A stretch of DNA of 64,000 nucleotides from Massalongia carnosa (Eukaryota), in the NCBI GenBank assembly GCA_965645245.1, contig OZ287071.1:1054001-1118000 (forward strand), given 5' to 3'. The position numbers and the translations under genes were made by a program. Numbering within the stretch: the first letter of the stretch is position 1; each line of letters begins with the position of its first letter. Below the pieces are notes generated by a model that saw only the letters and a program-made list of their open reading frames with translations, was not told where the DNA came from and did no database searches. Below are positions 60,315-64,000 of this stretch, piece after piece.

Positions 60315-61626
60315 TCAGTCTAACACCTCTGGAGGCTTTGGTTCAGGTTTAGATCTAGCAGTAGGTGCGTCCGAATATTTGGTGATCGAGCCTGGATCCG
60401 CTAGTAACCTGGCTTTGAATGGCGATTCTCCACGAGGTGGGCTAAATTCGGTGGGGGGTTCCTCAGCTAATATCTTTGGTTCGTGCCCATCCTCGGGAGA
60501 CTATTAGATGAAAGTACTTATTAGAACTATTGTAGAAATGAAGGTAATAAGCTGAAAGACAACTAACTTTAGGAGCTTCCTCTGGGTTAGCCAAGCCGCG
60601 GCGCTTGGCTAACACTTGCGCTGCTTGTCTTCTTTTCTCTACTTCGGCTTCTTCTGCCCTGCTTACCCGCTCTTCCTCTTGTTTCAGGTCTATCATTGAC
60701 GGAACGTCGTCCTCTTCAAATTCAGCTAAACCAGACACTTTCCTACCAGAAGCAGAAGTCGCTCTTTCTTTCGCAGCTGTAGTAGTTCGTGTATCTCTAG
60801 ATGATGTGGTTTTCGTAGATGCCTGCGATCTAGCGGTCCTCAACCCTTTTGTCTTCCTACTACTGTGATCATCTGAGGTCGCTCCGGTGTTCCTTCTCTC
60901 CAAGACCATAGCAAATTCGTCGTCGAGGGGTATTGCATCGTCTTCATCTTCGCTAGGGAGTAAGTCCCCTCGAGAGCTCAGTGAATTTGTGGTAGATCTG
61001 GACCCTGTAGTCCCACTTCTTGTTCGTCTGTCTCTACCTTGCCCATTGTCCGTGTTACCCCCTTCGTTCTCCTCAATTTGAGGCCCTCCTTCGCCCCTTC
61101 CTCTACCAACGTTTTCTTGCAGGTCCGCCGCCGAAGGTCGATATTTGAAACCTCGTCCCCCGATTTTCCATGGCAATCTCTCCAGAAAACCAAACATGGA
61201 AGACTTTGGAACAACATTCGGATCAGTGCTACCATCCTTAGGAGCTCCCATACTCCTCCTTCTTTGAATTCTTGAACCGTAACTCATCCCTCCGTGTCTT
61301 GCCGGCTGTCCATCACTTCCAGCCAATAGCCGGTCCAGCTCGTCATTTCCCCACTCGCCTTCATCTTCTTCCCAATCATCATAGAAATCAAAAGCAAGAT
61401 CATCGCGTCCGCGCCGAGCGTTGCGATGCGGTCTGCGTTGATCGTCTTTTATTCCAAAGCACGGATGGCAGGAGGCTTCAAGGCAGGTGTGTAGCGATGA
61501 AAGACAAGGGGAGATATAGGTCTGGGAAAAATTGAAAAGCGAGGCCTGAGTAGTAAGATTCACAGATTCGATGTTTTGAGATATCTGATTAAGGGTTTGA
61601 CGAATGCGCGGGTCGGTATGTCGCAT
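60315..61626 (-). CDS. Fungal hypothetical protein (exons about 61626-60568 and 60501-60315)
   Basis: Long ORF (MRHTDPRIRQTLNQISQN...FDFYDDWEE...WGNDELDRLLAG...DEDDAIPLDDEF...LKQEEE). GTTAGT donor and TAG acceptor lead to a terminal exon. Confidence 0.8.
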
Positions 61627-61781
61627 TTTGGAAGGATGAGAGTGTGGAGAGGTTGAGGCTCCGAGGGATTAGCGGCTGAATTGGGGAACGCTACTAAGTA
61701 CAAGGGCAAGCTTGAAGACGTTGTCAGATGGCAAAGAAATGAGATGGCTCCTCAAATTCATTGTTGGTGCTGTTGTTATAA

Positions 61782-61814
61782 TTGTAGTTGTTGTAGTTGT
61801 AGTTGTAGTTGTTG
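61782..61814. repeat. (GTT/GTA)n - (GTTGTA)n microsatellite
   Basis: ttgtagttgttgtagttgtagttgtagttgttg. Confidence 0.7.
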
Positions 61815-61896
61815 CAAGGCTGATTGAACTATCTTCTTGAAGAGAGCAGTTCGAATTGCATCGGGCGTTAACCTTATCTGACTCCAGAAAGTCTTA

Positions 61897-63798
61897 TTCG
61901 TGCCCCACACTTTCGCTCGGTCGACTCGCTTAGTGCTAGCCAGCCATACAGCCAGGACCAGCCATACAGCCAAAATCTTCAAATTTCTACCCACCACCTT
62001 TGAAAAATTCATTATCCACCACCATCATGCCTGAATCTTATACTATAATTGAAAATCGTATTGCAAAGGCCATTGACGCCTTAAACTCACGCAAAAACGC
62101 CAAACTCAGTGCAATTGCGCGGGAATTTAATGTACCTAGAGGAAGACTTCGTTCTCGGGTCAAAGGGGTGTCATCTAAAACGAAAGTACGAGGACTGCAT
62201 AATATACGTCTAAAACCCGATCAGGAGTTGGCCCTACGTCTATATCTTTTGAAACTGGATTCTTTGGACATTCCGGCTCGTCTGCATATAGTGGAAGTGG
62301 CTGCATACTCCATTCTTCGTCAAACGGCTTCCGATTCGACGCCTCCTCCTCCTCTCGGCTCGCATTGGATCAAAAGATGGCTAAAACGTCAGTCAGATCT
62401 TTACAAGGTTAAACGTAAGCCTCTAGCTGCTGAGCGCAAAAATGCGCATGATTTGGAGTTATTGATGGGGCATTTTGAAAAATATCAAGTAGTGAACAAG
62501 TATGGAATAAATCCGAAGGATCAGTGGAATTTTGATGAAACTGGGTTTCGTATTGGTATGGCACGAAGTGATTGGATAATCACAGCAGATTCTTCTCGAC
62601 AATCATACAGTTCCGATCCATCAAATCGAGAATCGCTGACAGCGGTGGAGTGTATCAACGGGGCTGGTCAGGACATTCCCCCTTTTTTAATTGTGTCTGG
62701 CATCAACATCCTCGCTCCCTGGGTCAAAAACGATCTGAGCAATGATGTAGTCATTTCTACAGCTGAATCGGGCTGTACAAATGACTGGTTGAGTTTGCAA
62801 TGGATCAAGCATTTCGACAAACACACTGAAAAAATAAGAGAGGGGGCTTGGAGACTTTTGATAATGGACGGTTATGGATCTCATCATACTCGAGAATTTC
62901 TAGAATATTGTGAAACGAAAAACATCATTCCATTCGGATTACCATCTCATACCACAAATCTCTTACAACCATTGGATGTGTGTGTTTTTCAACCTCTGAA
63001 ACACTGGCATTCCGAGGCCGTCAATAAAGCAATTCAGAATGGAGATCAAACCTTTTCCAAAGTCGAATTTCTGAATGCATTTAGCAAGTTTCGATCGCTG
63101 GCTTTTAAACCTTCCACCATACAGTCTGCTTGGAGAAAAACAGGCTTGATTCCGTTCAATCCATGCATTGTTCTCGACAAAGTTCGAGAACTTCTTCCTC
63201 CCCCTCCTCGTGAATCAACTCCGTCTCATACAGCCCCCTATCTGTACAAGAAACCCCTCGAACCGTGCGACAGTTGGCCACAGTAGCCACAGAAATCATG
63301 ACGCATTCAGCTTGCTCGGATGACCTCGTACAAATTGTTAGCAAATTTGTAAAGGGAGCTGTTGCCGAGGTTCGAAAAGGCGATCTTCTGGAACAACGCT
63401 GGGAACAACAAATCAAGGCCCAAACTGCTCGGAAAGCTCGTAAACGAGAGGCCAATAAGATTCTTCATCACGGAGGCGTACTTACTGTTGGTGAGGCCCG
63501 TTCAATGGTTCGTGGTAGGGAGGAGCGGGAGGAGATAAGGGAGAAAGAGCGAAACGTCGCATGGGAAAAGCGTTATTGTACGGCTCTTACCAAAGTGGTT
63601 AGGCAGTCAAAAGCGCATAGAAAGATGCTTATGACTAGAAGCATTAATAGTCACAAAAGATGGATGATGATCATGAAGGAATTGCTGAAAAAAACCCCGA
63701 TGTATGTAGAATAGTTGATTTTTGGCTGTATGGCTGGTCCTGGCTGTATGGCTGGCTAGCACTAAGCGAGTCGACCGAGCGAAAGTGTGGGGCACGAA
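61897..63798 (+). mobile_element. pogo/Fot1-family DNA transposon 2 (1902 bp) with 79-bp perfect TIRs
   Basis: TIR TTCGTGCCCCACACTTTCGCTCGG...CAGCCAAAA at 61897-61975 and 63720-63798. TA TSD at 61895-61896 and 63799-63800. Confidence 0.95.
62027..63714 (+). CDS. Fot1/pogo transposase with an intact DDD triad and a single frameshift near 63235
   Basis: HTH (SAIAREFNVPRGRLRSR), WNFDETGF, LIMDGYGSH, LQPLDVCVF. The C-terminus (ETPRTVRQL...GGVLTVGEAR) continues in another frame to 63714. Confidence 0.85.
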
Positions 63799-64000
63799 TA
63801 CTCTAGCCAGAGGCGGACAGCGCCCGTGTATGATATGTTTTATCAGCCGCAAAACAGATACGGCACATAGTATACGTACGTACCTGCACCTTTTGGATAA
63901 CGACTCTATTATTACCTATTGTCTCTCTACTCCATACTCCGTACCTTGTGACTAATAGTATGATCGACTCCACGACACCTAATCTATAAAGCCCGTGTCC

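Overview
Gene-dense eukaryotic DNA from a filamentous ascomycete (Pezizomycotina-type GT-AG introns of about 45-180 bp with CTRAC-like branch points). The exact taxon cannot be fixed from sequence alone. Host genes: a large S/P-rich protein, a spliced ATG10 not visible as one ORF, U2 snRNP B''/U1A-like RRM, PUP3, a DUF985 cupin, ornithine aminotransferase, GPI10, Moco sulfurase hxB, the Pro1/NosA/ADV-1 Zn2Cys6 factor, a SAM-PH protein, a secreted protein with a hydrophobin-like 8-Cys pattern, an IZH/PAQR, THOC5 and several hypotheticals. Three enzyme pseudogenes: a D-Ala-D-Ala-ligase-like ATP-grasp with an internal 150-bp inversion, an ERG26-like 3-beta-HSD and a dienelactone hydrolase. Five transposons with resolvable ends: two divergent, apparently intact piggyBac elements, two pogo/Fot1 elements (one nested inside a piggyBac) and a Tad1-like LINE with a 15-bp TSD. 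The most striking signal is in the two piggyBacs. Both lack the TTAA target duplication and read TA|TCCC...GGGA|TA. Their reconstructed empty sites are GTAG and CTAC (reverse complements), and both carry a variant third-Asp motif (MGGSDGNAQQR). One also has a spliceosomal intron that the other lacks. Together these make a candidate distinct fungal piggyBac lineage. All gene models were derived by eye and no database searches were run.
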